IMG/VR virus record: IMGVR_UViG_3300028394_000057
Span: 27,336-91,335 of that record
DNA from: a virus
Strand: one strand, 5' to 3'
DNA length: 64,000 nucleotides
Shown here: piece after piece, positions 1 through 11,251 of the stretch
Layout of the letters: every line of letters starts with the position of its first letter
Position numbering within the stretch: position 1 is the stretch's first letter
The notes under the pieces: generated by a model
Seen by the model: the letters and a program-made list of their open reading frames with translations, nothing else
Told to the model about the DNA's origin: nothing
Database searches by the model: none
Made by a program: the position numbers and the translations under genes

Positions 1-347
1 ACGCAGAAAACATGCTTAGATTTGGTAATCAATATTACGCTATGGGTGGTATGGTTTATGCAAACAAGGGGCTTAAGGTTGCAGCAAGTAAGTATGCTCT
101 TGGAACTGATACTATTCCTGCTATGCTTACCCCAGGAGAATTTGTAATTAAAAAATCAGCAGTGGATTCAATTGGATTAAATAAACTTAATTCTATAAAC
201 TCTGGAACATTGTCATCTAATTCAGTGTATAATTATAGTATCAATGTTAATGTTAAATCAGATGCAAATGTAAACCAAATTGCAGATACTGTTATTAGAC
301 AAATTAAACAAATTGATTCACAAAGATTAAGGAGTGTCAGTATATAA
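1..347 (+). CDS. Tape measure protein, C-terminal part (5' end probably outside window)
   Basis: GG.V...GTDTIPAMLTPGEFVI motif typical of TMP C-termini; frame open to the window edge; precedes tail genes. Confidence 0.75.
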   Translation, partial: AENMLRFGNQYYAMGGMVYANKGLKVAASKYALGTDTIPAMLTPGEFVIKKSAVDSIGLNKLNSINSGTLSSNSVYNYSINVNVKSDANVNQIADTVIRQIKQIDSQRLRSVSI

Positions 348-973
348 TGGCTACTAGTACATATATGCAAGGTCGTAAAGAATATGCTAGACCTCAAGGA
401 ATTTTATTTTCTAAAAATTCTGGAACTTTGGCAGCAAATGGAACTTATGTTCCAAATGGAAATGAATTTGGTGAATCTGGAACATTGGATGCTAATGCAG
501 ATTTTTTAATATTGTCAGATGATAATAGAGGACCAATAGATTTTAAAACCACTAGGATTGAAAATCGTAAAAGAATGATTAATGGTCGTATGCGTTCATA
601 TCATGTTGCAGACAAGTTAACTATTAATCTTTCTTGGAATATGCTTCCATCACGTTCTTATTTTGGAAATCCAAATTTTAACGCAACTACTGGAGTGTCA
701 GATAAAACAGAGTCATGTACAAGTGATGGCGGTGCTGGAGGAGTAGAAATTCTTAGATGGTATGAAAATAACCCAGGTCCATTTTGGATGTTTCTTTCGT
801 ATGATAAATACAGTAATTTTGATAATGATGGCAATGTAAATAGATATACTCACTTAGGAGAATACAGTCAAGTAGTTGAAGTTTATATATCTAGTTTTGA
901 TTATTCCGTTGAAAAACGTGGTGCACGAACAGATGATTTTTGGAATATATCTATATCGTTGGAAGAGGTTTAA
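347..973 (+). CDS. Putative distal tail / minor tail protein
   Basis: Directly after TMP; RMINGRMR..H and W.ISISLEEV C-terminus typical of Dit-like proteins. Confidence 0.55.
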   Translation: MATSTYMQGRKEYARPQGILFSKNSGTLAANGTYVPNGNEFGESGTLDANADFLILSDDNRGPIDFKTTRIENRKRMINGRMRSYHVADKLTINLSWNMLPSRSYFGNPNFNATTGVSDKTESCTSDGGAGGVEILRWYENNPGPFWMFLSYDKYSNFDNDGNVNRYTHLGEYSQVVEVYISSFDYSVEKRGARTDDFWNISISLEEV

Positions 974-976
974 AAA

Positions 977-3900
977 ATGCTTAAAACATATTCAAACGGC
1001 ACTGAAATTTTTGATTTAAAAAATCATTTGCTAGATTCGCAAACAATAAAAACTCAATCAATTGTTTTGGGTGAATGGAATTTAAACATAGCAGATAATA
1101 TAGAAGAGATAGGAAACTATAGATATAGACCTAGTAATTCTGCAAGTTCTTTTTATACGTTGCCATCTACATTTACAAAAGAAACATCATCAACTACATC
1201 TCCAAAATATTATGGTGCTACATTTGCAGATGTAGTTATAGATGGTGGGTATGATATTGATAGTAATCCAATAAGCATTTTAACTGAAAATGAAAAAATA
1301 AAATTTTATTATTCTTTAGAAGATTGTTTTAATAGGTTTCGACCACGTTCTGGAATTAATAAAGCGGTATTTCGTAAAGGATATTATTCACATTTTACTG
1401 ACCTAAATATGGCAAAAAGACCAAGATATTATGTAGCAGATAAAACAAATATTTTTAAATATTGGACATCCTATAGGACAAACGATAATCTTATACTTGG
1501 TATATCAAAAGATGCAGCACCATCATCTGGTGGATATTATATAGATGATGCTGTTCCTTTTGTTAAATATAAAAACAATATATATGCAAATAGGATTATT
1601 GTAAAAATGCAAACTCATGTAGGTAGTGCTGCAGACAAAACTTTATCTAATGACCCTTTTACTGGCGATGCAAATAAAAAAGTTCCTAAAATTTGGAGTA
1701 TAGAAGTTTTAAGAAAAAATAATTCTGGAGGAACCAATTGGACTACAGAAAAAGTTTTGACTAGTTATACAATTAATAATGATGGATATGTAGAATTAGC
1801 GTATGGACCACAAATACCATCAGAATATCAAGATATTTTTACTTATGTTGCAACTATAGCAAATTCTTCTGCTTTGCCAACAAGTTCAACAAATGGGTAT
1901 GCCTATCTTGTAGAATCAGACAATACATATCGTATATGGCTAAGTTCTACTTCATCTTGGGTAACATTTTCTGCAAGTTCTAGTTGGCAAACAATAGAAT
2001 CTTTTTCAAATAGAACAATTCCATATGCAACAGATTTAGTTGGAGATGAAACAAGTCTTACTACTTTTAATTTGGGAGATAACTATACCAGATATAGAGA
2101 ATTTGATGCTATTCAGGGCATTAGGGTAGCAGTAAAAACAATGAAAAATATCAACACTTCTTTTGATTTAATTGAAATTTCTCCAAGACTTGTAGTTGAC
2201 CTATCAGATAAAACATTAAATTTTTCAATTGAAAAAAAAGCATCCGACTTATCTGTAAGTGGATTACCATTAGGAGACATCCTTGCTTCTACTGGCAAAT
2301 TATCATTATTTGATTACGACCAGGCATTTGATAAAGACAATGCAAACAGTATATTGAAAGATATAACGTTTAAAAATTTGCAATTTAAATTTTATCAAAA
2401 AATTATTGATGTTAATGGTTTAGATTATTTGGTTCCAATTAAAACAATGTATTCAGATGGATTTCCAGATTTAAGTTATTCTGATAGAACATTAGATATT
2501 ACATTAAGAGATTTGTTTTTTTATTTTGAATCAGTAACTGCACCTACCGTTTTTGTTAAAAATAAAACATTAAGTTATATAATTTGTTTATTACTAGATT
2601 CTATTGGTTATTCTAATTATATATTTAAAAGAACTTTAAATGAAAAAGAAAAAATTATTCCAGATTTTTTTATTGCACCAGATAAAACAGTAGCACAAAT
2701 TTTACAAGATTTAGCAAAATCAACACAAGCATCAATGTTTTTTGATGAAGAAAATAATTTTGTTGTTATGAGTAAAAATTATATGATGCCAACATACACA
2801 TCAGATATTGAAAATGGCAGAGTAACAGACATAACTCTTTCTGCTTCTACAGACCAAGGACAAAATGACAGTCCTCTAGAATCTGAAACTTCTATACGCT
2901 CTAATGCCTCAATTGCAAATATTTTAGATATTAAAATAGAAAATCACGATGTTTATAATGATGGAAAAATTATTTATAATTCAAAGTATATTCAAAAAAA
3001 TGTTTCTAATCTAGAGCAGGTATCGGCATTAGATTCAGATAAAACATACACATATCAACCAGTTTTACTTTGGGAATTGTCAACAAAAAGTGACACAAGT
3101 AATGTAGAAAAAAATACAAATGATGGATTTGCTTTGTCTGCTGTAACGTTAAAAAAGGCTATTGTTGAAGCATCACCAAGTATTTCTACAACTACTGGAA
3201 AAATTGTAAACAATACAATAGATATTGGAGAAAGCGTCTATTGGTTAAGTAATTATTCTGGATATTTGTTTGCTAATGGTGAAATTATTAAATATGATGC
3301 AAAAGAATATTCCGTAGTAGGTGTTGATGGACTAAGCAACGTTTGGATTTCTAGTGCAAGCGATAAAGATTATTATTTTTCAAAAGTTCCATATAATGGA
3401 AAAATGTATCCTACTGGACTTATAAAAATTTATACAGAAGTTTCTTATACAGCAGATGGAGCATTGGCTACTGTTGTAAAACATGGTAGAGGACAATTTG
3501 GAACAAAAATTATTGGTCATTCTGCAGGGATACCCCAAGACTCTCCTTGGTTTACAAATACTAGCGGAGCATCAAACGATTTTGAATATTTAAGTGGCGT
3601 TAAAACATTTCCTCCAATGACTACTGAAACTACTCCTGTAGAAATTCCAACAATTTTTGGTTCCCCTGCTGCACCTGCTGGAAAAACTGTTCCATATACT
3701 TTAGCAGGTAGTAATATATATTACGAAAATGATTCAAATTTTAATACAAAAAATGGAATTATAAGAAATTTCTTATCATCAACATATCCGTCAATAAACA
3801 AATACAACAAAAGCACAGATTTACCGTTGGGAGCAGTTCAAGCATCTGCTCTTACAATTTTTGGTAATAAGAATAATGTAAGAACTTTGCCAATTAATTT

Positions 3901-5602
3901 TTTGTCATATTCTTATAAAGATTTAGGAAAATGTAATGATACATTTGGAACAAGAATGAGAATAATGGGGCAATTGACATCAAATAAAAGTACAATTCAG
4001 AATGCAACTGGCTCTATGTCATTTTTTAAAGGAAATAGTGAAACCACCTCTGCTCTTAATGTTTATGGTGGTTCTGGCGGTATTGCAATTTGGTTAAATC
4101 CTACAGCAAATTCTGGATATTATTTTGAGATAGCAGCATTGTCAACATACGAATCTTTAAATGATTCAAATATGTGGTTTTATAAATTAAAAAGAAAAAC
4201 TGGAAATGGACTTAAAACTAATTCAGTGAGTGGCTCATTAACTCAAGTAAATGCAGACTTTACCGATGATAGAACTCAAAATATATTGAAAGCAACAAGT
4301 GTTGGTATTATAAATACTAATACTCAATTTAGTGCAACTCTTGCTGTTGGCGATAGAGTTAAAATATCTGGACAAACAAAAACAGAAAAGAATGGATTTT
4401 ATTTAGTAACTAAATTAGGAACCTCAACTACTAAATGGGAAATGGAACGAGACGAACTTGCAATACCAGAAGTATTGTGGAAAGGAAAAACTAGAATAGT
4501 CGTAGATGCTACTGGTACTGTTGGTTTGTCAAAAACTAATCCAAAAGATGAACTTCCAATATATGATTTAAAAGTAAAATGGGAAACCATTGATAATGGG
4601 GCAATAAGATTTTCTTTATATTTAAATGATATTTTGGTTGGGGTATGCGTAGACACTGTTCCAGAAGAAAAAGGAACTCATGTTGGTCTTTTTGTAAGAG
4701 GTACTTCAAAATGTATGTTTGAACATGTTTATGCACTTACTTCTGATTATCGACAAAAATCTCCAACTGCAACTTATTCTAAAATATTTGGAATAGAAAA
4801 CATAAAAATATCAAATACTTTTAATGCTTATAGGCTTAATGAAACAATTATTACAGATTATTTATCTAGTCAAACTACGACAGGTTTTGAAAATGATTTG
4901 TATTTTGAAGAATTTGGAACAATTTTGCGTGAGTGTGCTTATTTTAATATTCGTTATGATAAAGCATATCCTGCTTTACTTGCAAAGATTGCCAATAATC
5001 AAAATCCATTATTAGGTTATTATGTATCTAATTTTAAATCAAGTCCATATGGTGCAGAATTTATGGTATTTAATACTACAGATTCTGTGTTACCAATGGA
5101 TTCGTCAAGTGGAAATTATTTAAGAATTACTGGAGTTACCTTTACAGCAGAATCAAACAACGAATTAACAGTTGATGATTATTTTAATAAAGCAACTGAT
5201 TATTCACACACTCAGTTTACAAGTTTACCAACCAATGCAACAAATTCAAAAAATGATTTAATTTTAATAAAAAATAGCAGACTTACTTATGGTAAAAAAG
5301 ATTTTTCATTGGAAGCACCTTATATTCAGGATAGGGATACTGCATACGAAATGATGGATTGGATGATTCAAAAAATTAAAAAACCAAAAATTGCAATAGG
5401 TGTAGAAGTTTTTGGATTACCAATTGTTCAACTTGGAGACATTATTAAAATAGATTATTATATATCAAAAATAAAAGATGGAATCACTATAACGGACAAT
5501 GTTCAAATTCCAACAAATTCAAGATTTGTTGTTTATGCTATTACTCATTCAGTAGATGCAAATGGTCCGTCACAAACATTATATTTAAGCGAGGTATCAT
5601 AA
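977..5602 (+). CDS. Large minor tail / baseplate hub protein
   Basis: 1541 aa, S/T/N-rich, tail-module position, C-terminal GLPIVQLGDIIKI hub-like motif. Confidence 0.6.
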   Translation: MLKTYSNGTEIFDLKNHLLDSQTIKTQSIVLGEWNLNIADNIEEIGNYRYRPSNSASSFYTLPSTFTKETSSTTSPKYYGATFADVVIDGGYDIDSNPISILTENEKIKFYYSLEDCFNRFRPRSGINKAVFRKGYYSHFTDLNMAKRPRYYVADKTNIFKYWTSYRTNDNLILGISKDAAPSSGGYYIDDAVPFVKYKNNIYANRIIVKMQTHVGSAADKTLSNDPFTGDANKKVPKIWSIEVLRKNNSGGTNWTTEKVLTSYTINNDGYVELAYGPQIPSEYQDIFTYVATIANSSALPTSSTNGYAYLVESDNTYRIWLSSTSSWVTFSASSSWQTIESFSNRTIPYATDLVGDETSLTTFNLGDNYTRYREFDAIQGIRVAVKTMKNINTSFDLIEISPRLVVDLSDKTLNFSIEKKASDLSVSGLPLGDILASTGKLSLFDYDQAFDKDNANSILKDITFKNLQFKFYQKIIDVNGLDYLVPIKTMYSDGFPDLSYSDRTLDITLRDLFFYFESVTAPTVFVKNKTLSYIICLLLDSIGYSNYIFKRTLNEKEKIIPDFFIAPDKTVAQILQDLAKSTQASMFFDEENNFVVMSKNYMMPTYTSDIENGRVTDITLSASTDQGQNDSPLESETSIRSNASIANILDIKIENHDVYNDGKIIYNSKYIQKNVSNLEQVSALDSDKTYTYQPVLLWELSTKSDTSNVEKNTNDGFALSAVTLKKAIVEASPSISTTTGKIVNNTIDIGESVYWLSNYSGYLFANGEIIKYDAKEYSVVGVDGLSNVWISSASDKDYYFSKVPYNGKMYPTGLIKIYTEVSYTADGALATVVKHGRGQFGTKIIGHSAGIPQDSPWFTNTSGASNDFEYLSGVKTFPPMTTETTPVEIPTIFGSPAAPAGKTVPYTLAGSNIYYENDSNFNTKNGIIRNFLSSTYPSINKYNKSTDLPLGAVQASALTIFGNKNNVRTLPINFLSYSYKDLGKCNDTFGTRMRIMGQLTSNKSTIQNATGSMSFFKGNSETTSALNVYGGSGGIAIWLNPTANSGYYFEIAALSTYESLNDSNMWFYKLKRKTGNGLKTNSVSGSLTQVNADFTDDRTQNILKATSVGIINTNTQFSATLAVGDRVKISGQTKTEKNGFYLVTKLGTSTTKWEMERDELAIPEVLWKGKTRIVVDATGTVGLSKTNPKDELPIYDLKVKWETIDNGAIRFSLYLNDILVGVCVDTVPEEKGTHVGLFVRGTSKCMFEHVYALTSDYRQKSPTATYSKIFGIENIKISNTFNAYRLNETIITDYLSSQTTTGFENDLYFEEFGTILRECAYFNIRYDKAYPALLAKIANNQNPLLGYYVSNFKSSPYGAEFMVFNTTDSVLPMDSSSGNYLRITGVTFTAESNNELTVDDYFNKATDYSHTQFTSLPTNATNSKNDLILIKNSRLTYGKKDFSLEAPYIQDRDTAYEMMDWMIQKIKKPKIAIGVEVFGLPIVQLGDIIKIDYYISKIKDGITITDNVQIPTNSRFVVYAITHSVDANGPSQTLYLSEVS

Positions 5603-6168
5603 TGTTAAATGGAGCAAAACCAGTAACATCAAATAATATTTCAACTATTACTGCAACAGCGGCTAAAGCAACCACTACAAAACCAGCAGTTAAAATTGCA
5701 ACATCTAATTTATTTATAGATACATTAAATGTTCCAGACTATAAATCGATAGAAGATTTAATATTTGAAACATTAAACTCTGGAGAAATACTTGATTATG
5801 GTAATACACAGGCTACAGTTGTTGGTAGTGTTGGAACAGGAATAAATGGTTTTCAAGATGATAATTTAAATTTGATAGATACACGTTTATATCCAGACTC
5901 AAACATAGATGAAGAAATTCCTTATGACGGCAATGGACCAAACACTACAGATGGTTCTACAGGTGGTTCTACAGGTGGCATCGTTCCAATTGATTCAAAT
6001 ATAAACTATTACTATCCAATAGTTGGGAATGGAATAGGTGGAGAGTATGTTTATTTTAATACTAATAATAACTTAGTAATTGATTTAATAAATGTAAGGG
6101 AGGGGCAGTATGTAGAGATTGAGTTTTGGAAATACGAAACAGAACTTAATGATACAATATATTCATAA
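5602..6168 (+). CDS. Putative tail-associated protein
   Basis: Translationally coupled within tail operon. Confidence 0.45.
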   Translation: MLNGAKPVTSNNISTITATAAKATTTKPAVKIATSNLFIDTLNVPDYKSIEDLIFETLNSGEILDYGNTQATVVGSVGTGINGFQDDNLNLIDTRLYPDSNIDEEIPYDGNGPNTTDGSTGGSTGGIVPIDSNINYYYPIVGNGIGGEYVYFNTNNNLVIDLINVREGQYVEIEFWKYETELNDTIYS

Positions 6169-7547
6169 TGATTACTTCAAAAGGACAAGAACTTATAACA
6201 AAAAAACTAGCATCTAACACACCATATGCAACACATATTGCATTAGGTTGCGGTGCAAGACCAAGAAACAAATTTAGCGTAAGCATATCATCAACAGAAT
6301 CATCTACTGCTAATGCAACATCTGGGTATGCAAAAATAATTACATCTACAAACCACGATTTTCAGGTGGGGGATTATGTAAAAATATATAATACAGGTGG
6401 TAGTAATATTGCTAGTGCATATCTTGGAACTTGGTTAATAACAAGCATAACCTCGAACAGTTTTAAATTTGCTATTGGTAATAATACAGTAAGAGCATTG
6501 GCATCTCCAAGTCCATCTCCAAAAGTAATTTTAGATTTTTCAAATAAAACATCTTTAGATTTAGAAATGTTTAGAATTCCAATTACAACTTCAACTAGTT
6601 TTAGCGAAGATGGCATTAATAAAATTTTGTTTTCAGCAGATTTGCCAACAACCGAAAGGTATGAAATTAGTGAAATTGGAATATTTTCACAGGTATCAGA
6701 CTCAACATCACAAGTTAATAATAAAGTTTTGTATAGTTTTTTAAATACAGAAAGTTGGAAATATCATTCTTCAACAGCAATAGAAGGAATTTTATTTAAA
6801 ACTACTTTAATAAATACAGCATTGACTACAAATGATATAGTAATAACAGATAAAGCATTTCAAGCAAATGCAAATAATCTTTTATTTAATAATTCTATAA
6901 GAACTTTAAGGCAAGAACGACCAAGATTTTATAATAATTCTTATTTTTTATATGGGGACACCTCTAATTTAGTAGTTAATGGTTCGGGAACTAGCATGAG
7001 ATTAACTCCAACTTCAACAACAAATCATATAGAAATAATTGATAATTCTCTTTCCCAATTAGATAAAGCATCATCAAATGATGAAATAAAGTTTGCACTA
7101 TCAATAGTTAATAAAACACAAAGTGCCGCTGACCCAGATGAAATTAGAGTTTTGCTAGAATTTGCAACTATAGACGGTACTGGAAGTGCTACATCTGAAT
7201 ATAAATATAAAAGATTTCATGCAAAATTAACAAGCACTGAACAAGATTTTTCCAAAAACAGGTACATTGTTTTTACTAAAAAATTAAGTGAAATAGATAG
7301 TTCTGAAAGTTTTTCATGGGAACAAATAAAATTTGTAAAAATATATTCATCAATTATTAAAAGTAGTGCAATAAGCGGAGATTACCTTGCAGCATTTGAT
7401 GCAATAACTTTTAATTTAACAACAAGTACAAATCCACTCTATGGTTTAAGTGCATATACTATAGTAAAAACTAGCGATAATTCAACTATTCCTAAAGAAG
7501 AAAATTCTCAACAATCAGTAGAATTTAAGTTTGGAATTGGAACTTAA
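6168..7547 (+). CDS. Putative baseplate/tail protein
   Basis: MITSKG..I...L...HIALG.G start and EISEIGIF motif seen in baseplate/tail-collar proteins. Confidence 0.5.
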   Translation: MITSKGQELITKKLASNTPYATHIALGCGARPRNKFSVSISSTESSTANATSGYAKIITSTNHDFQVGDYVKIYNTGGSNIASAYLGTWLITSITSNSFKFAIGNNTVRALASPSPSPKVILDFSNKTSLDLEMFRIPITTSTSFSEDGINKILFSADLPTTERYEISEIGIFSQVSDSTSQVNNKVLYSFLNTESWKYHSSTAIEGILFKTTLINTALTTNDIVITDKAFQANANNLLFNNSIRTLRQERPRFYNNSYFLYGDTSNLVVNGSGTSMRLTPTSTTNHIEIIDNSLSQLDKASSNDEIKFALSIVNKTQSAADPDEIRVLLEFATIDGTGSATSEYKYKRFHAKLTSTEQDFSKNRYIVFTKKLSEIDSSESFSWEQIKFVKIYSSIIKSSAISGDYLAAFDAITFNLTTSTNPLYGLSAYTIVKTSDNSTIPKEENSQQSVEFKFGIGT

Positions 7548-7548
7548 A

Positions 7549-8127
7549 ATGGTAGATGTTGGAATAAAAAAAATACAAATTACTGAATCAAGTCTGCCAG
7601 CAATTAGGGATACTGAAGAATATCTTTTAAGGTATAGGGTTAAAACTAACACAAATTCTTCTACTTGGTCTAAAGTTTACGTTGTTGGAAAATCTAACTC
7701 TATAGCGTCTTTAGTTGCCATAGAACCAATAAACCCTAGTATTTCACAAATAGATAACAACAACAAACTACAAGTATCTTGGACTATGCCAAATTCAATA
7801 AATTTAAATTATTTCGATGTTTATGTAAAATGGTACTACACAACAGAAATTCCAAACAATAATACTCAAAATGCCACTGAATGGGTTAGGTATGATAAAG
7901 TAGTTTATTTATCAACAATTAATATAGATATACCCTCTACTGCAAAATGGTTTCAAATTGCGGTAACTGCAGAAACATTTCCTAAATTTGTTAATCAAAC
8001 AATACTTAGCGATAAAACAACATTTTTATTTCAAACAGAGTCGGGTGCTAATTTAAGAAGAAGGACCCAAACTATTGATGGTGGGGGAACTGTTGGTGGA
8101 ACCGCTGCTGGTGGAAATACTGGTTAA
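7549..8127 (+). CDS. Putative tail protein (Fn3-like beta-sandwich)
   Basis: YLLRYRVK and LQVSW..P motifs; ATG at 7549 just after upstream stop preferred over 7531. Confidence 0.4.
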   Translation: MVDVGIKKIQITESSLPAIRDTEEYLLRYRVKTNTNSSTWSKVYVVGKSNSIASLVAIEPINPSISQIDNNNKLQVSWTMPNSINLNYFDVYVKWYYTTEIPNNNTQNATEWVRYDKVVYLSTINIDIPSTAKWFQIAVTAETFPKFVNQTILSDKTTFLFQTESGANLRRRTQTIDGGGTVGGTAAGGNTG

Positions 8128-8174
8128 TGGATTAATTTTTAAAAACACTTTAATATTTATGTTATAATATAAAT

Positions 8175-8609
8175 ATGACAAACATACCTATTCCCTCAAC
8201 CAACCAGCCAATCGACTATGATTTTTTAAACACAATTGTCCAAACAATAAATTATCTTTCTGACGCTAATGCGATAGATAATGCAAATTCAATATCTGCA
8301 ATTTTTAATCAGACTGTTGCATCTAATAAAGTAAAAGTTCTTGCATTAACAAATAATGTTGTTTCTGAAACCAAGAGTCAGCCAAATGTTATGGCTACTG
8401 TGCAAATTAGTTTTGGTTCAACAACTTTTAAGGGCAATCCTTTTGTGGTTGCAACACCAAGGGCTGTTAATAGTGCTAATTTTGCTGGATGCAGTTATTT
8501 TATCTCAAACCTTTCATCATCTGGATGTACAATAAACATTAAATGGCTTGTAGAAAAATCCAGCATCAATATGTTTTTTGACGTTTTGGCTATTGGCGTT
8601 CCAGCATAA
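8175..8609 (+). CDS. Putative tail-tip protein (H-type lectin-like C-terminus)
   Basis: ISFGSTTF...P.VVATP ... D.LAIG pattern; leaderless start 6 nt after TATAAT. Confidence 0.4.
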   Translation: MTNIPIPSTNQPIDYDFLNTIVQTINYLSDANAIDNANSISAIFNQTVASNKVKVLALTNNVVSETKSQPNVMATVQISFGSTTFKGNPFVVATPRAVNSANFAGCSYFISNLSSSGCTINIKWLVEKSSINMFFDVLAIGVPA

Positions 8610-8612
8610 AGA

Positions 8613-9143
8613 ATGGCTGCTCAAACAATGGAGCAATACAATTCTGCTTCTGTAATTACAGGGAATAAAAAGGTTTGGTTTCTTAATGGAAGCCTTGTTC
8701 GTGTATATCATATGAACAACTCTAATGGAATAATGTCTGTTTATAATATCATACTTGACCAGATAGAAAGTTGTTTAATTAGTGATTTTAAAAAGAATAG
8801 ACAAAGAGCATATACCGTAGGAGAGGCTGCAAGCCTTGTTAACAGGCATAAAAAATATATGCCACAATTAATGCTAAAAGGTATTATTCCCTTCCCTATG
8901 GGGTCACAGAAGGGCGGAGAGAGGGGCTGGCAGGTCCGTTCTTACTATTCTGAATCACAGGTAAGAGAAATTCGTGATATACTTGCTTCCTACCATCACG
9001 GTAGACCAAGAAAAGATAAACTAATAACCAACGATGTAACACCTACAAAGCAAGAGTTGACAAGGCGTATGGGCGATGGTATACTGGTATATACAAAGAC
9101 AGAAGATGGCAGATTTGTGCCTATCTGGAATGAATCAATTTAG
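8613..9143 (+). CDS. MerR-like HTH DNA-binding protein
   Basis: YTVGEAASLVNR...GIIP...RSYYSESQV winged-HTH pattern. Confidence 0.6.
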   Translation: MAAQTMEQYNSASVITGNKKVWFLNGSLVRVYHMNNSNGIMSVYNIILDQIESCLISDFKKNRQRAYTVGEAASLVNRHKKYMPQLMLKGIIPFPMGSQKGGERGWQVRSYYSESQVREIRDILASYHHGRPRKDKLITNDVTPTKQELTRRMGDGILVYTKTEDGRFVPIWNESI

Positions 9144-9163
9144 TTCTTGAAAGGACAAACGGT

Positions 9164-9373
9164 ATGAATAATGATGAGACTAAGGTTACAGTAGGGCTAG
9201 GCTATACGCTTAATCTAGGTAACTTTCAATCACTCCGCATTGACTTATCTGTATCAGATAACAAGCGTGAGGGAGAAAATATAACAGATGCATTTGAACG
9301 TGTGTATGCTTTTGTTGAAACAAAGTTGGCTGAAAAAGTCAAGGAATCTGTAGAAGAGACAGAAAATAAGTAA
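9164..9373 (+). CDS. Conserved phage hypothetical protein
   Basis: GYTLNLGNFQSLRID motif; RBS upstream. Confidence 0.6.
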   Translation: MNNDETKVTVGLGYTLNLGNFQSLRIDLSVSDNKREGENITDAFERVYAFVETKLAEKVKESVEETENK

Positions 9374-9681
9374 TGGCTGACCGCAAAGACCGCATGGCTT
9401 TGCTTAGTCGCTACAGTAAACTGCATACTGCAAAGTACCAAGAAAAGCCATCCCTAAATTTAAATGTAGAGCAGTGGGCAGCAGATGCCTTGATTGCTTC
9501 TTATGGTATTCCCGAATGCTATGACCTGCTAGAATATTACTTTGATGTATCAGAAAATCCATCATGGAAATACTTTGCAAATTATGCAGACAACATTGTT
9601 TACAAACGTAAACAAGTACAACAAGATTTAAAAGAACGCCAAGAGCGTAGACTGAAAGCGAAAGAGTGGCTAAATGAATAA
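9373..9681 (+). CDS. Hypothetical protein (possible helicase loader)
   Basis: Coupled to and immediately upstream of dnaB; function inferred from position only. Confidence 0.4.
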   Translation: MADRKDRMALLSRYSKLHTAKYQEKPSLNLNVEQWAADALIASYGIPECYDLLEYYFDVSENPSWKYFANYADNIVYKRKQVQQDLKERQERRLKAKEWLNE

Positions 9682-10894
9682 CACAGAATCGAAACTAATC
9701 TCTGCTGTATTAGCAGACAAACAAGTGCACGTTTTGCTACAAGCAAATGTAGAAAACATACTAAGAACTCACAATGACATCTGGACATTCATTCGTAACT
9801 ATTCAGAAGCCAATGGCACAGTGCCACCAACATCATTAGTTGTAGATAAATTTCGTGACTTTATTCCTGCCGAAGGTATTGGTGCCACCAAGTATCACCT
9901 AGAAGAACTACAGGCTGAGTTCCTGAATGATAGTCTAAAGGATGTTCTTAGGACTACCGCTTCAGATGTTCAGGCAGGTCAGGGAACCAAAGCATTAGAA
10001 GACTTAATCCAGAAGACATCAGAACTAAAAAAGAATACAGCAGTTATCCGTGACATTGATGCCACTGATATTGATTCTGCTGTTGCTTACTTTGAAAACC
10101 TTGCTCGTCAGAATGAACTAGGTTCGATTGGTATCAAAACTGGTTTGCCAGGATTTGACAACTATCTTCCTGCTGGTATTACTCCAGGTCAGTTGGGTGT
10201 GTTTCTTGCTTATCCAGGAATTGGTAAGTCTTGGTTCGCTCTTTACATGGCAGTACAGGCATGGAAGCAGGGCAAGTCACCACTAGTAATATCACTCGAA
10301 ATGTCAGAGACGGAGGTTCGTAACCGTGTGTTTGCTATCATGGGTGAAGGTCTTTGGTCACATCGCAAACTTAGCAATGGGCAGGTAGAGATTGATGACC
10401 TGAAGCGTTGGCACAAGAAAGAACTTGAGGGTAAGCCAGAATTTCATATCATCTCTAATGACAACGGTGGAGAAGTAACTCCATCAGTTATTCGTGGTAA
10501 GATTGACCAATATAAACCTGACCTAGTTATTGTTGACTATCTACAGTTGATGTCTCCAAATCAGAAATCAGATAATGAGACTGTTCGTATGAAAAACCTT
10601 TCTCGTGAACTTAAATTGATGTCTATTGGTGAAGAGATTCCTATTATTGCTATCTCTTCTGCTACACCAGATGACGTTACTAAGTTAGATACAGTTCCTA
10701 CTCTTGGTCAAACTGCTTGGTCACGCCAAATTGCGTACGATGCTGACTGGGTTCTTGCTCTTGGTCGTGCCACCAACTCAGACATTCTAGAGTGTGTGTT
10801 CCGTAAGAACCGTAATGGGTTTATGGGAGAATTCTTGGTTCAGGTTGATTTTGACAAAGGTTACTATCGTTATAAGGATTTTGAAGATAACTAG
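9674..10894 (+). CDS. dnaB: Replicative DNA helicase, DnaB family
   Basis: Walker A AYPGIGKS, SLEMS, IVDYLQLM, KNRNG motifs. Confidence 0.92.
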   Translation: MNNTESKLISAVLADKQVHVLLQANVENILRTHNDIWTFIRNYSEANGTVPPTSLVVDKFRDFIPAEGIGATKYHLEELQAEFLNDSLKDVLRTTASDVQAGQGTKALEDLIQKTSELKKNTAVIRDIDATDIDSAVAYFENLARQNELGSIGIKTGLPGFDNYLPAGITPGQLGVFLAYPGIGKSWFALYMAVQAWKQGKSPLVISLEMSETEVRNRVFAIMGEGLWSHRKLSNGQVEIDDLKRWHKKELEGKPEFHIISNDNGGEVTPSVIRGKIDQYKPDLVIVDYLQLMSPNQKSDNETVRMKNLSRELKLMSIGEEIPIIAISSATPDDVTKLDTVPTLGQTAWSRQIAYDADWVLALGRATNSDILECVFRKNRNGFMGEFLVQVDFDKGYYRYKDFEDN

Positions 10895-10906
10895 TTATAA
10901 TAGAGT

Positions 10907-11251
10907 GTGGACAATATATATCACAGACCTATTAAGAACTTTACGTTTGACGGAATCATTAAGAATGATGCCGCAATTGGTAGACTTCGCATAGAACTTG
11001 TGAGACTTAAAGCACTTGAGATGTGCGAGTTGGGGTATGTGCAAAGACTTGACATAGACCCACAATTTACGATAAAATATAATAACGAAAAAGATTACTA
11101 CGAATTTACATTAACAGTATATGGTACATACATAGGAAAGAATAAAGCATTATGGACAATAGGAATAGACGGAACACAAATGGTTCCTACTCAAAGGAAC
11201 AAATTAAGCGAGTTATTGCAGGGTCAGGCATCACAATCGAATCGGAAGTAG
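10907..11251 (+). CDS. Hypothetical protein
   Basis: Leaderless GTG after TATAAT; 114 aa ORF. Confidence 0.5.
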   Translation: MDNIYHRPIKNFTFDGIIKNDAAIGRLRIELVRLKALEMCELGYVQRLDIDPQFTIKYNNEKDYYEFTLTVYGTYIGKNKALWTIGIDGTQMVPTQRNKLSELLQGQASQSNRK